A DNA stretch of 32,000 bases from Xanthomonas campestris pv. campestris str. ATCC 33913 (GTDB lineage Bacteria; Pseudomonadota; Gammaproteobacteria; Xanthomonadales; Xanthomonadaceae), in NCBI RefSeq assembly GCF_000007145.1, contig NC_003902.1:1267436-1299435 (forward strand), given 5' to 3'. Position numbers and translations under genes: made by a program. This document shows positions 1 to 8,017 of the stretch, in pieces; positions within the stretch are counted from its first letter, which is position 1; every line of letters starts with the position of its first letter. A model generated the notes under the pieces. It was given only the letters and a program-made list of their open reading frames with translations, did no database searches and was not told the origin of the DNA.

Positions 1-171
1 GCTGAGCTGGCCAGCTTTTTCTTCCACGCTCATGCGCGCGATCAGTGCGTCGATGAAAGCAGGCGTGCGCACCGCCCCGGACGGCAGCGCCCAGCCGGTG
101 GGAATGCGCGCGAGCAGGCCTAGCGCGGCGGCGCCACCCAGCAGCTGGCGCCGCGTCGTGCGTGGAGACAT
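1..171 (-). CDS. Glycoside hydrolase family 3 (periplasmic beta-glucosidase-like), first 57 codons only; gene continues past the window start
   Basis: Own minus-strand translation from the ATG at 169..171: MSPRTTRRQLLGGAAALGLLARIPTGWALPSGAVRTPAFIDALIARMSVEEKAGQLS. It has a twin-arginine-type signal (TRRQLL plus hydrophobic stretch), then the M-x-x-EEK-x-GQ(L/M) motif that opens BglX-type GH3 enzymes. Absent from the ORF track because the window edge cuts it. Confidence 0.6.
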   Translation of the reverse strand, partial: MSPRTTRRQLLGGAAALGLLARIPTGWALPSGAVRTPAFIDALIARMSVEEKAGQLS

Positions 172-382
172 GTGAGGATTCTTGGGTGGAGTGTGTGTGC
201 ACGCTACAGGATGGGCGACCCCGGTAACCAGACTGCTTTCGCTTTCCGCGCGGTGACAACGCAGAGGCCTGCAGATCGATCACGAACCGGTCATGCACGT
301 CGGTGTCGTGCACGCGCGCTGGATGGACGTGCGGTAGCGCAATACGCCTAGATGTCTACCAGTGACGAAAATGAAACGGACC

Positions 383-401
383 CAGTGCATTCGATGCACT
401 G
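383..401 (-). terminator. Hairpin downstream of the Mo-hydroxylase operon (candidate intrinsic terminator)
   Basis: CAGTGCAT-TCG-ATGCACTG forms a perfect 8-bp stem. On the minus strand it is followed by the T-rich GGTCCGTTTCATTTTCGTC. It lies 66 nt after the stop at 467. Confidence 0.45.
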
Positions 402-466
402 AGCCCTGTCGTACCCCATCAATTGTCGGTTGCGTTGTGCATTGCAGGCACATCGCCCCGCGTTCG

Positions 467-2749
467 TCAGTCCGCCATCACCTTGTCTGGCGTCATCGGG
501 GTACTGCGGATGCGCTTGCCGGTGGCATGGAAGATCGCATTGCAGATCGCTGCCGAGACACCGATCAGGCCGATTTCGCCAACGCCTTTTGCGCCCAGGC
601 TGCTGACGATGCGGTCGTCCTCGTCGGCGAAGGTCACATCGATGTCGTGGATGTCGGCATTGGCCGAGACGTGGTACATCGCAAAATCGTGATTCATGAA
701 GCGGCCGAAGCGGTGATCGGACTGGGTGTGCTCGTGCAGCGCCTGGCCGATGCCCCAGACCACGCCGCCCACAATCTGGCTGCGCGCAGTGATCGGGTTG
801 AGGATGCGACCGGCCGCAATCGCACTGACCACGCGGGTTACCCGCACCGTGCCCAGCTCTTCGTCAACGCGCACTTCCACGAACACCGCGCCATGGGTGG
901 CACGGGTGTAGTTGCGCTGCTTGAACACATTGGGCAACAGCAGGAACTTGTCTTCGATCTGTTCCAGCTGAGCGGCACGCAACAGCTCGGGCAAGGCGAT
1001 GGTGGTGCCGGCATCGGCGCGCAATGCCAGCGTGCCATCGGCGAAGACCACCTCGTCCAGCTTGGCCTTGGTAAAGCGCGAATTCGGTAACGCCTGGGCC
1101 AGCCGCAGCAGCCGTGCGCGCAGTTTCCCGCATGCACCATCCACCGCCGAACCTACCGTGGTCACATGCGACGAGCCGCCTTCGATCGGTGCGACCGGCA
1201 AGGTGGAATCGCCCAACTGAAAGGTGACCTGCTCCATCGGCAGGCCCAGCGCTTCGGCGGCAATCATCGCCATCACCGTGTAGGTGCCGGTGCCGATATC
1301 GCTGGCGGCGCTGCTCACCACCAGACGCCCGTCGGCATGCAGCACCGCGTGGGCACGCGCAAACATCTGCATCGCATCCCATTGCCCGGTGGCCATGCCC
1401 CAGCCAACCCATTCGCGCCCCTCCTTGCGCGCGCGCGGCTGCAGCGGCCGCTGTGCCCAGCCGAAGCGCTCTGCGCCTTGCTGGTAACACTCGCGCAACG
1501 CCTTGCTGGAATAGGGCTTGTCGTCGGCGGGATTGACCTCGGCATAATTCTTCAAGCGCAAGGCAAGCGGATCCATGCCGATCTCGTAGGACAGCTCGTC
1601 CATCGCCACTTCCAGCGCATGCACGCCGTGCGCAGCGCCGGGCGCGCGCATATCGATGGGGGTGTACTGATCCAGGCTCACCAGGTTGTAGCCCAGGTGC
1701 ACGTTGTCGCAGGCGTACAGCTGGCCGCTCCAGTTAACCACCACCTCCACGTAATCCTCGATGCGCGACGTTTCGGCGATGGCTTCATGCCAGATCGCGC
1801 GCAGCGTGCCGTCGCGATCGGCACCGAGCTTGAGCCGTTGCACCGTTTCCGGGCGGTGGCCGAAGGTGAACATCTGTTGCCGCGTCAGCACCACACGCAC
1901 CGAGCGATCCAGCAGGATCGAGGCCATCACCGCCAGCGCCAACTGGTATTGCGGGCGCAGGCCGGAACCGAACGCACCGCCCACGTACGGGTTGCGCACG
2001 GTGACCTTCTGCTTGCTCAGCCCGAACACGTGCGAGACATACCAGCGGCTGTTCTGCGAGCCCTGGGTCTTGTCGTAGATGGTGAAGTGTCCTTGCGCAT
2101 CGCGGATCACCGTGGAGGCGAACAACTCCATCGGGTTGTGGTGTTCCACCGCGCTGTAATAGTCGGCCTGGATCTGGTGCGCGGCATTGACGAAGGCCGT
2201 GTCCGGCTCGCCCTTGTCCTTGGGCGGCGGCGAAAAGCCGGCCTTGAGCGGCTTGGGCTTGTGCATGCGGCCCAGGTTGGCCATCAGGTTGGTGTCGTGC
2301 GGCTCGCTGGCGTATTCCACCTGGACCAGATGCGCGGCATGGCGCGCAGCCTCGAAGGTTTCCGCCACCACCAGCGCGATCGGCTGGCCGCTATACAGAA
2401 TGGCGTTGTCGTACAGCGGCCGGAACGGCGAGCCGGCCGGTGCGGTCATGTCCTTGTAGAACAGGTCCATGCCGCGCATGTGCGGGCGGTTTTCGTGGGT
2501 CACGATCTCCAGCACGCCGGGCACCGCGCGTGCGGCCTCCAGGTCGAAGGCGACGATGCGGCCCTTGGCAATGCTGCTGTTGACCACCACCCCATACGCC
2601 AGGTCGGGCACCGGCCATTCGGCGGCGTAGCGCGCCTGGCCGGTGACCTTGGCGCGCCCATCGATGCGCGGCATGCCGGTGCCGGTGGGGCGGTGCCCGG
2701 TGCCGGGGTCGGCGACCGGTGCAATGAGCTCGTCGGGGCGTGCGTTCAT
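467..2749 (-). CDS. Xanthine dehydrogenase/aldehyde oxidase family, molybdopterin-binding large subunit (PaoC/YagR-like)
   Basis: 760-aa ORF. The N-terminal ...MPRIDGRAKVTGQARYAAEW... is typical of Mo-hydroxylase large subunits. ATGA start/stop overlap with the FAD subunit gene at 2746..2749. Small-medium-large subunit order as in PaoABC/YagTSR-type enzymes. Confidence 0.9.
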   Translation of the reverse strand: MNARPDELIAPVADPGTGHRPTGTGMPRIDGRAKVTGQARYAAEWPVPDLAYGVVVNSSIAKGRIVAFDLEAARAVPGVLEIVTHENRPHMRGMDLFYKDMTAPAGSPFRPLYDNAILYSGQPIALVVAETFEAARHAAHLVQVEYASEPHDTNLMANLGRMHKPKPLKAGFSPPPKDKGEPDTAFVNAAHQIQADYYSAVEHHNPMELFASTVIRDAQGHFTIYDKTQGSQNSRWYVSHVFGLSKQKVTVRNPYVGGAFGSGLRPQYQLALAVMASILLDRSVRVVLTRQQMFTFGHRPETVQRLKLGADRDGTLRAIWHEAIAETSRIEDYVEVVVNWSGQLYACDNVHLGYNLVSLDQYTPIDMRAPGAAHGVHALEVAMDELSYEIGMDPLALRLKNYAEVNPADDKPYSSKALRECYQQGAERFGWAQRPLQPRARKEGREWVGWGMATGQWDAMQMFARAHAVLHADGRLVVSSAASDIGTGTYTVMAMIAAEALGLPMEQVTFQLGDSTLPVAPIEGGSSHVTTVGSAVDGACGKLRARLLRLAQALPNSRFTKAKLDEVVFADGTLALRADAGTTIALPELLRAAQLEQIEDKFLLLPNVFKQRNYTRATHGAVFVEVRVDEELGTVRVTRVVSAIAAGRILNPITARSQIVGGVVWGIGQALHEHTQSDHRFGRFMNHDFAMYHVSANADIHDIDVTFADEDDRIVSSLGAKGVGEIGLIGVSAAICNAIFHATGKRIRSTPMTPDKVMAD

Positions 2750-3801
2750 GGGGAGTCCTCCAGCGCGCTGGTGCGCCCGCGGTTATCGATGGTGCCTTCG
2801 CGCGCGACGTCGAGTGCGCGCACGATCGTGCGGTGTGCCAGCGGAATCTTGAAGGCGTTCTCGCCTTGCGATTGCGCGCCCTGTAGCAGTGCATCGGCCA
2901 GTTGCGCAAAGGTGTGCGGCGTCGCCGGCATGCCAACTACGTGCGCTTCGGCCTCCGGCAGGCGCCAGGGCTTGTGCGCCACGCCACCCAGCGCCACGCG
3001 CACGGCGCGGATGCTGCCGTCGTCGGCAAGCTCCAGCGCCGCGGCGACCGATGCCAGCGCAAAGGCGTAGGACAGCCGCTCGCGAATCTTGAGGTAGGCA
3101 CTATGCGCCACGAGGCGCTGCGCATCCGGCAGATCGATATGCACGATGAGCTCGTCCGGCTGCAGCGTGCTATCGAGCTCCGGATGCTCGCCAGGCAGGC
3201 GATGGAAATCGGCAAAGGCGATGTCGCGCGCGCCATTGGGGCCTTGCACGTGCACCACCGCATCCAGCGCCACGCACATGTCGGAAGGATGTGTGGCAAT
3301 GCAGTGCGTACTGGCGCCCAGGATGGCGTGGTATTTGGTCAGGCCGCCAATCGCCGAACAGCCGGTGCCAGGCGCGCGCTTGTTGCACGGCGTGGCGCGG
3401 TCGTAGAAATACACGCAGCGGGTGCGCTGCAGCAGGTTGCCGCCATTGCTGGCCATGTTGCGGATCTGTGGCGAGGCACCGGCCAAAATCGCCGCGCTCA
3501 GCAACGGGTAGCGTGCCTCAACCTCGGGGTGATAGGCGGTGTCGGCATTGCGTGCGAGCGCACCCAGACGCAGACCACCCGCATCGTTGGTGGTGATCTC
3601 GCCCAATGGCAGGCGGTTGATGTCCACCAACCGGCTTGGGCGCATCAGCTGCAGCTTCATCAAGTCAGTGAGGTTGGTGCCGCCGGCGATCAGGCGTACC
3701 GGCGCTTCGGACGGGACTGGCTGCGGATCAGTGCCGCGCGTGGCGATCGCGCCGACTGCCGCGTCCACGCTCTCCGGGCGTGCGTAGCTGAGCGGAATCA
3801 T
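2746..3801 (-). CDS. Mo-hydroxylase FAD-binding medium subunit (PaoB/YagS / CO-dehydrogenase flavoprotein-like)
   Basis: The track ORF is 2746..3825. I prefer the ATG at 3799..3801 (MIPLSYARPESV...) because it forms an ATGA overlap with the stop (3798..3800) of the 2Fe-2S gene. The stretch ...RLIAGGTNLTDLMKL... is FAD-binding-domain-like. Confidence 0.85.
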   Translation of the reverse strand: MIPLSYARPESVDAAVGAIATRGTDPQPVPSEAPVRLIAGGTNLTDLMKLQLMRPSRLVDINRLPLGEITTNDAGGLRLGALARNADTAYHPEVEARYPLLSAAILAGASPQIRNMASNGGNLLQRTRCVYFYDRATPCNKRAPGTGCSAIGGLTKYHAILGASTHCIATHPSDMCVALDAVVHVQGPNGARDIAFADFHRLPGEHPELDSTLQPDELIVHIDLPDAQRLVAHSAYLKIRERLSYAFALASVAAALELADDGSIRAVRVALGGVAHKPWRLPEAEAHVVGMPATPHTFAQLADALLQGAQSQGENAFKIPLAHRTIVRALDVAREGTIDNRGRTSALEDSP

Positions 3802-4376
3802 GCCGGCACCGTCCCTGGAGTCCACGGGGTGTCGGCCGAGTCGCTGCTGTCCGAGGGTGTGCCCAGTACTTCCATCACCGCATCGGTGATCTGCGGATAG
3901 GCGCCGCAGCGGCAGATGTTGCCGCTCATCAATTCGCGCACCTGATCACGATCGTGCGCCTGGCCTTCGTTGATCAGGCCCACCGCCGAACACAACTGCC
4001 CGGGCGTGCAATAGCCGCACTGGAAGGCATCGTGGGCAATGAAGGCGCGTTGCAGCGGATGCAGCTGTTCGCCTTCGGCCAGGCCTTCGACGGTGGTGAT
4101 GTCCGCGCCGTCCTGCATCACCGCCAGAGTAAGGCAGCTGTTGATGCGACGGCCATCGACCAACACCGTGCAGGCGCCGCATTGACCGTGGTCGCAGCCC
4201 TTCTTGGTGCCGGTGAGATCGAGACGATCGCGCAGCAGGTCGAGCAGGCTCACCCAGGCTTCGAGCTGCAGTTGATAAGGCTGACCATTGATGCGCAGCG
4301 CTACCGGGTAGGTGGGCGCAACAGTGGTGGCAGTGGCCGGTGCCGTGTCACGGGCTGCGGCGGGAGTGGCATTCAT
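3798..4376 (-). CDS. Mo-hydroxylase [2Fe-2S] small subunit (PaoA/YagT-like)
   Basis: 192 aa with two iron-sulfur cysteine clusters: GCDHGQCGACTV and CGYCTPG...CRCGAY. No RR twin-arginine motif is visible at the N-terminus, so it is probably cytoplasmic, unlike E. coli PaoA. Confidence 0.9.
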   Translation of the reverse strand: MNATPAAARDTAPATATTVAPTYPVALRINGQPYQLQLEAWVSLLDLLRDRLDLTGTKKGCDHGQCGACTVLVDGRRINSCLTLAVMQDGADITTVEGLAEGEQLHPLQRAFIAHDAFQCGYCTPGQLCSAVGLINEGQAHDRDQVRELMSGNICRCGAYPQITDAVMEVLGTPSDSSDSADTPWTPGTVPA

Positions 4377-4654
4377 GCGAGCCCCGTGGCGATGGCTGAG
4401 AGGGTCTTCACCTTGACCGCGCGGCGGTCAACGCAGGGTGTACGCAATGCGGTGGTGGTGTTCACATCGATGCGATGTTTGAGGCTGAACTGTGCAACGC
4501 AACGTGCAACGGGCGGCAGGCCGAGCTCGCCGTTTGCCTTGCACATGGGGAGGCTGGAACTGAATTCGTCAGCTGCGCGTTGTTGCGCTCCACGCCAATC
4601 GCACGGCGTGCGACAGCGGTCTCGGTATCCTGTGCAGATGATGACGAGGTTGCA

Positions 4655-5986
4655 ATGAGCCGGCGCGGCGGCAGCGCCGATCTTCCGCTGCATGGTGGGC
4701 GTGTGCCGCGCTGGTTGGGCGAGCGGATGACGCGGCTGGGCACGGTGATGTGCGAGGCCATCGTGCACACCTATGGGCGCGACGAATTGTTGCGGCGGCT
4801 TGCGCATCCGTTCTGGTTCCAGTCCTTCGGCGCGGTGATGGGGATGGACTGGCATTCCTCCGGCATCACCACCAGCGTGATGGGCGCACTCAAGCGTGGG
4901 CTGACGCCGTTGTCGGGCGAACTGGGCATTCATGTCTGCGGTGGGCGTGGGCGATATTCGCGCGTAACGCCTGCCGAGTTGCTGGCAGTGGGCGATGGCG
5001 TGGGGCTGGATGGCGCTGCGTTGGCGCGTGCCAGCCGCCTGGTTGCCAAGGTGGACAGCGCCGCGGTGCAGGATGGTTTTGATCTGTATCTGCACAGTTT
5101 TGTCGTCAGCGACGAGGGGCGCTGGGTGGTGGTGCAGCAAGGCATGAACGGGCAACGCAAGCAGGCGCGCCGCTATCACTGGTTGTCGGAAGGGCTGAGC
5201 AGTTTTGTGGATGCGCCGCACGCGGCGATCGATGGGCCGCAGCAGGGCAGCATCGTCAACCTGGCCGACCATCGCGCCGCTGCCGCGCGTGAGGCGCAGG
5301 TGGCGTTATTGCAGACGCTGCCGCCGGATCGCCTTGCCCGCGAATGGCAGCGCATCGACGCCGCGCAGGCGCCGGTTGCGCCTGCTGTAGCGCAAGCACC
5401 GGTCACCGGTGACCTGTTTGCAGGCCAGGGCTGGGATCCCGCACAGCAACCGCATCTGAGCATGCCCGACCATCACGACGTGCGCAGCGAGAACGTGATC
5501 ACCCGCCGGCTGCATGCCAGCCTGGCGGCTGCGGCCGAGTGCGGCCCCGCCGATTTCACCGCGCTGTTGCAGGTGCCGGGCGTGGGTGCGCGCACCGTGC
5601 GTTCGCTGGCGATGGTGGCCGAGGTGTTGCATGGCACACCGTGCCGTTTCAGTGACCCGGCGCGGTTTTCGCTTGCCCACGGCGGCAAGGATCGGCATCC
5701 GTTTCCGGTGCCCACGCGGGTGTTCGATCACACCATCGGCGTGCTCAAGCAGGCGATGCAGCAGGCCCGGCTTGGCAACGAGGAGCGGCTGCAGGCGATT
5801 GCGCGGCTGGATGCGCAGGCACGTCGGCTGGAAGCCAGCGCACGGGGTCCTTCGGTGGAAGCGTATATCGCGCAGGAACGCGTGGATGCGCACCGCTATG
5901 GCGGGCGCAGCGTGTTCGGTTGGGAGCCGCCGGTTGAGGATCATCAATCGCTTGCATCGCAGGCGCAGCGCAAGGCAGGCCAATGA
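4655..5986 (+). CDS. DUF763-like protein of unknown function with a helix-hairpin-helix motif
   Basis: The track ORF starts at 4475. I prefer the ATG at 4655 (MSRRGGSADLPLHGGRVPRWLGERM...), which follows GAGG at about -10. The N-terminal LPLHGG-x-PRWL-x-ERM and GMDWHSSGITT blocks match my memory of the DUF763 family (unverified). LLQVPGVGARTVRSLAMVAEVL (5564..5629) is a classic HhH DNA-binding motif. High GC3 throughout. Confidence 0.7.
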   Translation: MSRRGGSADLPLHGGRVPRWLGERMTRLGTVMCEAIVHTYGRDELLRRLAHPFWFQSFGAVMGMDWHSSGITTSVMGALKRGLTPLSGELGIHVCGGRGRYSRVTPAELLAVGDGVGLDGAALARASRLVAKVDSAAVQDGFDLYLHSFVVSDEGRWVVVQQGMNGQRKQARRYHWLSEGLSSFVDAPHAAIDGPQQGSIVNLADHRAAAAREAQVALLQTLPPDRLAREWQRIDAAQAPVAPAVAQAPVTGDLFAGQGWDPAQQPHLSMPDHHDVRSENVITRRLHASLAAAAECGPADFTALLQVPGVGARTVRSLAMVAEVLHGTPCRFSDPARFSLAHGGKDRHPFPVPTRVFDHTIGVLKQAMQQARLGNEERLQAIARLDAQARRLEASARGPSVEAYIAQERVDAHRYGGRSVFGWEPPVEDHQSLASQAQRKAGQ

Positions 5987-6573
5987 GCGCGCAACTGCGC
6001 CGTGGCAAGGTGGCCATCGACGGCCGCTGCTTCACCTATGTGTTCCCTTGCCAGTGGGAAGACCATTGCAAGATCGGCTTTTCGCGCGACCCATTGGGCC
6101 GCATCAGCAGCCTGCATCCGCGCTGGTTTGCGTTCTTCGACCTGGAGCGCGGCGTGCTGGTGGAAGCCGAGCGCGAACGCGATGCGCGGGATCTGGAGCT
6201 GCAACTGCGCCGGCCCTTAGGTGAGCACAACGCACCGGCGCCAATGGCGATTCGCAGCGCGGCGGGCGGGCACACCGAATGGTTTCGCGGTGTGGGGCAG
6301 GCACTCGAGGTGGCCGTGGCGCAGCTGGAACAGCAGGGGTATCGGGTGTTCGCGCTGCAGGCGTGGCTGCAGGCGGCAATGGCCCAGCGGATCGATCGCC
6401 TGTACGACTGGTCGCTGTTGCAGTTGAGCCAGGACGAACTCGACGGCGTCACCGGGCCCACCGCAACGCAACAGATGCTGCGCGACGTGCTGGATGGCTA
6501 CCGCGCATTGGAGCTGCCACTGCAGGCGCATCTGCCCGGCGTGATCTGGGACTGGTACTGCCGCAGCGCATAG
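5983..6573 (+). CDS. GIY-YIG superfamily (T5orf172/MUG113-like) putative nuclease domain protein with an uncharacterised C-terminal half
   Basis: Its start overlaps the DUF763 stop (ATGA at 5983..5986). The N-terminal core is CFTYVF-x8-KIGFSRDPLGRISSL ... ELQLRR ... GGHTEWFRG, which follows the pattern (G/T)(I/Y)(Y/V)-x8-11-(Y/K)IG ... R ... E-W-F. Assigned from motifs only. Confidence 0.6.
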   Translation: MSAQLRRGKVAIDGRCFTYVFPCQWEDHCKIGFSRDPLGRISSLHPRWFAFFDLERGVLVEAERERDARDLELQLRRPLGEHNAPAPMAIRSAAGGHTEWFRGVGQALEVAVAQLEQQGYRVFALQAWLQAAMAQRIDRLYDWSLLQLSQDELDGVTGPTATQQMLRDVLDGYRALELPLQAHLPGVIWDWYCRSA

Positions 6574-6642
6574 CAAAGCGCATTGCCACCGCCTTGACGT
6601 GTGCAGCGACAGCATCGGCGCAACCGATGAGGAGACGCACCC

Positions 6643-6984
6643 ATGCAGTACGCAACGTTGGAATTGAACAACGCATTCAAGGTGCTGTTTTCGCTGCGCC
6701 AGGTGCAGGCGGCAGAAATGGTGATTGCACCGGGTGATCGCGAAGGTGGCCCGGACAATCGCCATCGCGGCGCCGATCAATGGCTGTTCGTGGTGGACGG
6801 CGCAGGCGAGGCCATCGTGGATGGTCACACGCAGGCCTTGCAGGCCGGCAGTCTGATCGCGATCGAGCGTGGCCAGGCGCACGAGATTCGCAATACCGGC
6901 GACACGCCGCTGAAGACGGTCAACTTCTATCACCCGCCGGCCTACGATGCGCAGGGCGAACCATTGCCGGCAGGCGAAGGCTGA
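6643..6984 (+). CDS. Cupin-fold small protein
   Basis: 113 aa. GAGGAG RBS 6 nt upstream of the ATG. Cupin-like blocks are ...HRGADQWLFVVDGAGEAIVDG... and ...GSLIAIERGQAHEIRNTG... (P/R-G-x-x-H-x-x-x-N type). Confidence 0.75.
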   Translation: MQYATLELNNAFKVLFSLRQVQAAEMVIAPGDREGGPDNRHRGADQWLFVVDGAGEAIVDGHTQALQAGSLIAIERGQAHEIRNTGDTPLKTVNFYHPPAYDAQGEPLPAGEG

Positions 6985-7022
6985 TACGCAGCGCGGTGCA
7001 TGCAGGCGGGTAGCGTGTTGTT

Positions 7023-7050
7023 CAACGGGCCGCTGTTCAATGGCCCGTTG
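7023..7050 (+). terminator. Hairpin after the cupin gene (candidate terminator), embedded in GTTGTTCAAC repeats
   Basis: CAACGGGCC-(10 nt)-GGCCCGTTG forms a 9-bp stem with no clear T-tract. GTTGTTCAAC occurs at 7017..7026 and 7062..7071, and CTGTTCAAT lies in the loop. Confidence 0.3.
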
Positions 7051-7080
7051 GTCGACAGCACGTTGTTCAACAGCAAGTGA

Positions 7081-7139
7081 GTGCGTTGTCTACCATGTGT
7101 TGACGTGGCGATTGTTTACATCGGCACGTCACAACGCAC
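7081..7139 (+). promoter_or_regulatory. Nested inverted repeat immediately upstream of the RBS of the histone-like gene
   Basis: Outer arms are GTGCGTTGT (7081..7089) and ACAACGCAC (7131..7139). Inner arms are TGACGTG (7101..7107) and CACGTCA (7125..7131). The GGGAG RBS is at 7141..7145 and the ATG at 7152. Confidence 0.35.
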
Positions 7140-7151
7140 CGGGAGCACCCC

Positions 7152-7781
7152 ATGCCAGAAGCCAAGACGCGTCGCGCGGCCGCCCAGGACAAGCGCGAGG
7201 GCAAGTCGGCCAGTACCCAGGCCGGCGAATACGTCAAAGAAGAAATCGAACACGTGCGCGAAGGCAAGCATGGTGCCAAAAGCACCAAGCAGGCGATTGC
7301 GATTGGCCTTTCAAAGGCGCGCCGCGATGGCGTGGATGCCAAACCGTCCAAGAGCGCGTCCAAGCGCACCAAGAAAAAGGCAGCGCAGGACAGCAAGACG
7401 GCCAAGAAGACCGCCGCCAGGACGGCAAAGAAGACCACCAGCAAAACGACCAGGAAGACGGCGAAAAAGGCCACCAAGAAAGCGACCAAGAAGACGACGA
7501 AACAGGCGGCCAAGAAACCCACCAAGAAGACCTCGCCCGCGCGGTCGGCAGGCGCCAAGAAGGCCTTGAAGACCGCCAGCAAGAAGACCACCGCCAAGCA
7601 GGTTGCCGGCACCCAGGCATTGTCGCGGCAGGCCAAGAGTGCAGCGGCCAAGCGTAGTTCCAGCAGCCGCTCGGCAGCGGCCAAAAAGGCCGCCAAGACC
7701 AAGGGCCCTGGCGTGCGCAAGGCGGCCGCCAAGAAAGCGGCGGCGACGCGGAAGCGGTCGGCGAGCAAACGCGAGAGCTGA
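7152..7781 (+). CDS. Histone H1-like / lysine-alanine-rich nucleoid-associated protein
   Basis: 209 aa. It has a conserved-looking N-terminal ~60 aa (GKSASTQAGEYVKEEIEHVREGKHGAKSTKQAIAIGLSKARRDGV); I recall this as a DUF6496-type domain, unverified. This is followed by a ~150-aa low-complexity K/A/T tail (AKKATKKATKKTTKQAAKKPTKK...). Confidence 0.8.
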   Translation: MPEAKTRRAAAQDKREGKSASTQAGEYVKEEIEHVREGKHGAKSTKQAIAIGLSKARRDGVDAKPSKSASKRTKKKAAQDSKTAKKTAARTAKKTTSKTTRKTAKKATKKATKKTTKQAAKKPTKKTSPARSAGAKKALKTASKKTTAKQVAGTQALSRQAKSAAAKRSSSSRSAAAKKAAKTKGPGVRKAAAKKAAATRKRSASKRES

Positions 7782-8017
7782 TCGATTCTGCTGCCACTTT
7801 GTGCGCCCCGACGAGAGGGCGGGCGCCGTGGTCACGCGCACTGTCCAGCGGCCCAAGGTTCTTGATGGTGAAACTGCGCCGTACCCTTAGCGGTCGTCCG
7901 GCGCAGGTTCGTGGCCCGCTCCTGGTGCCAGTACAGGCGTTACAACTCCCTCGTGCCACAACACCAGTCCGGCAGCTGAGCGGCTCAGGTCGGCGATCTC
8001 GCCTGCTGCGACGGTTG

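Noticed and set aside
1166-3070. 634-aa plus-strand ORF, together with the many 60-240-aa ORFs in 362..4658
   Set aside because: They are antisense or out of frame relative to the three Mo-hydroxylase subunit genes, and I recognised no motifs.
4437-4455. GGTGTACGCAATGCGGTGG as a second LexA2 box in front of the DUF763 or Mo-hydroxylase operons
   Set aside because: Only one 7-nt arm (GGTGTAC) matches the lexA2 palindrome, and the second arm is absent (TGCGG instead of TGTACACC). A single 7-mer match may be chance, so I kept it only as a low-interest note.
4373-5272. 299-aa minus-strand ORF, and the N-terminal 60 codons of the track ORF 4475..5986
   Set aside because: The minus-strand ORF is antisense to the DUF763-like gene. 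The 5' extension has poor coding character (C-rich and low-complexity), and the family-like sequence begins at the ATG at 4655, which has a GAGG RBS.
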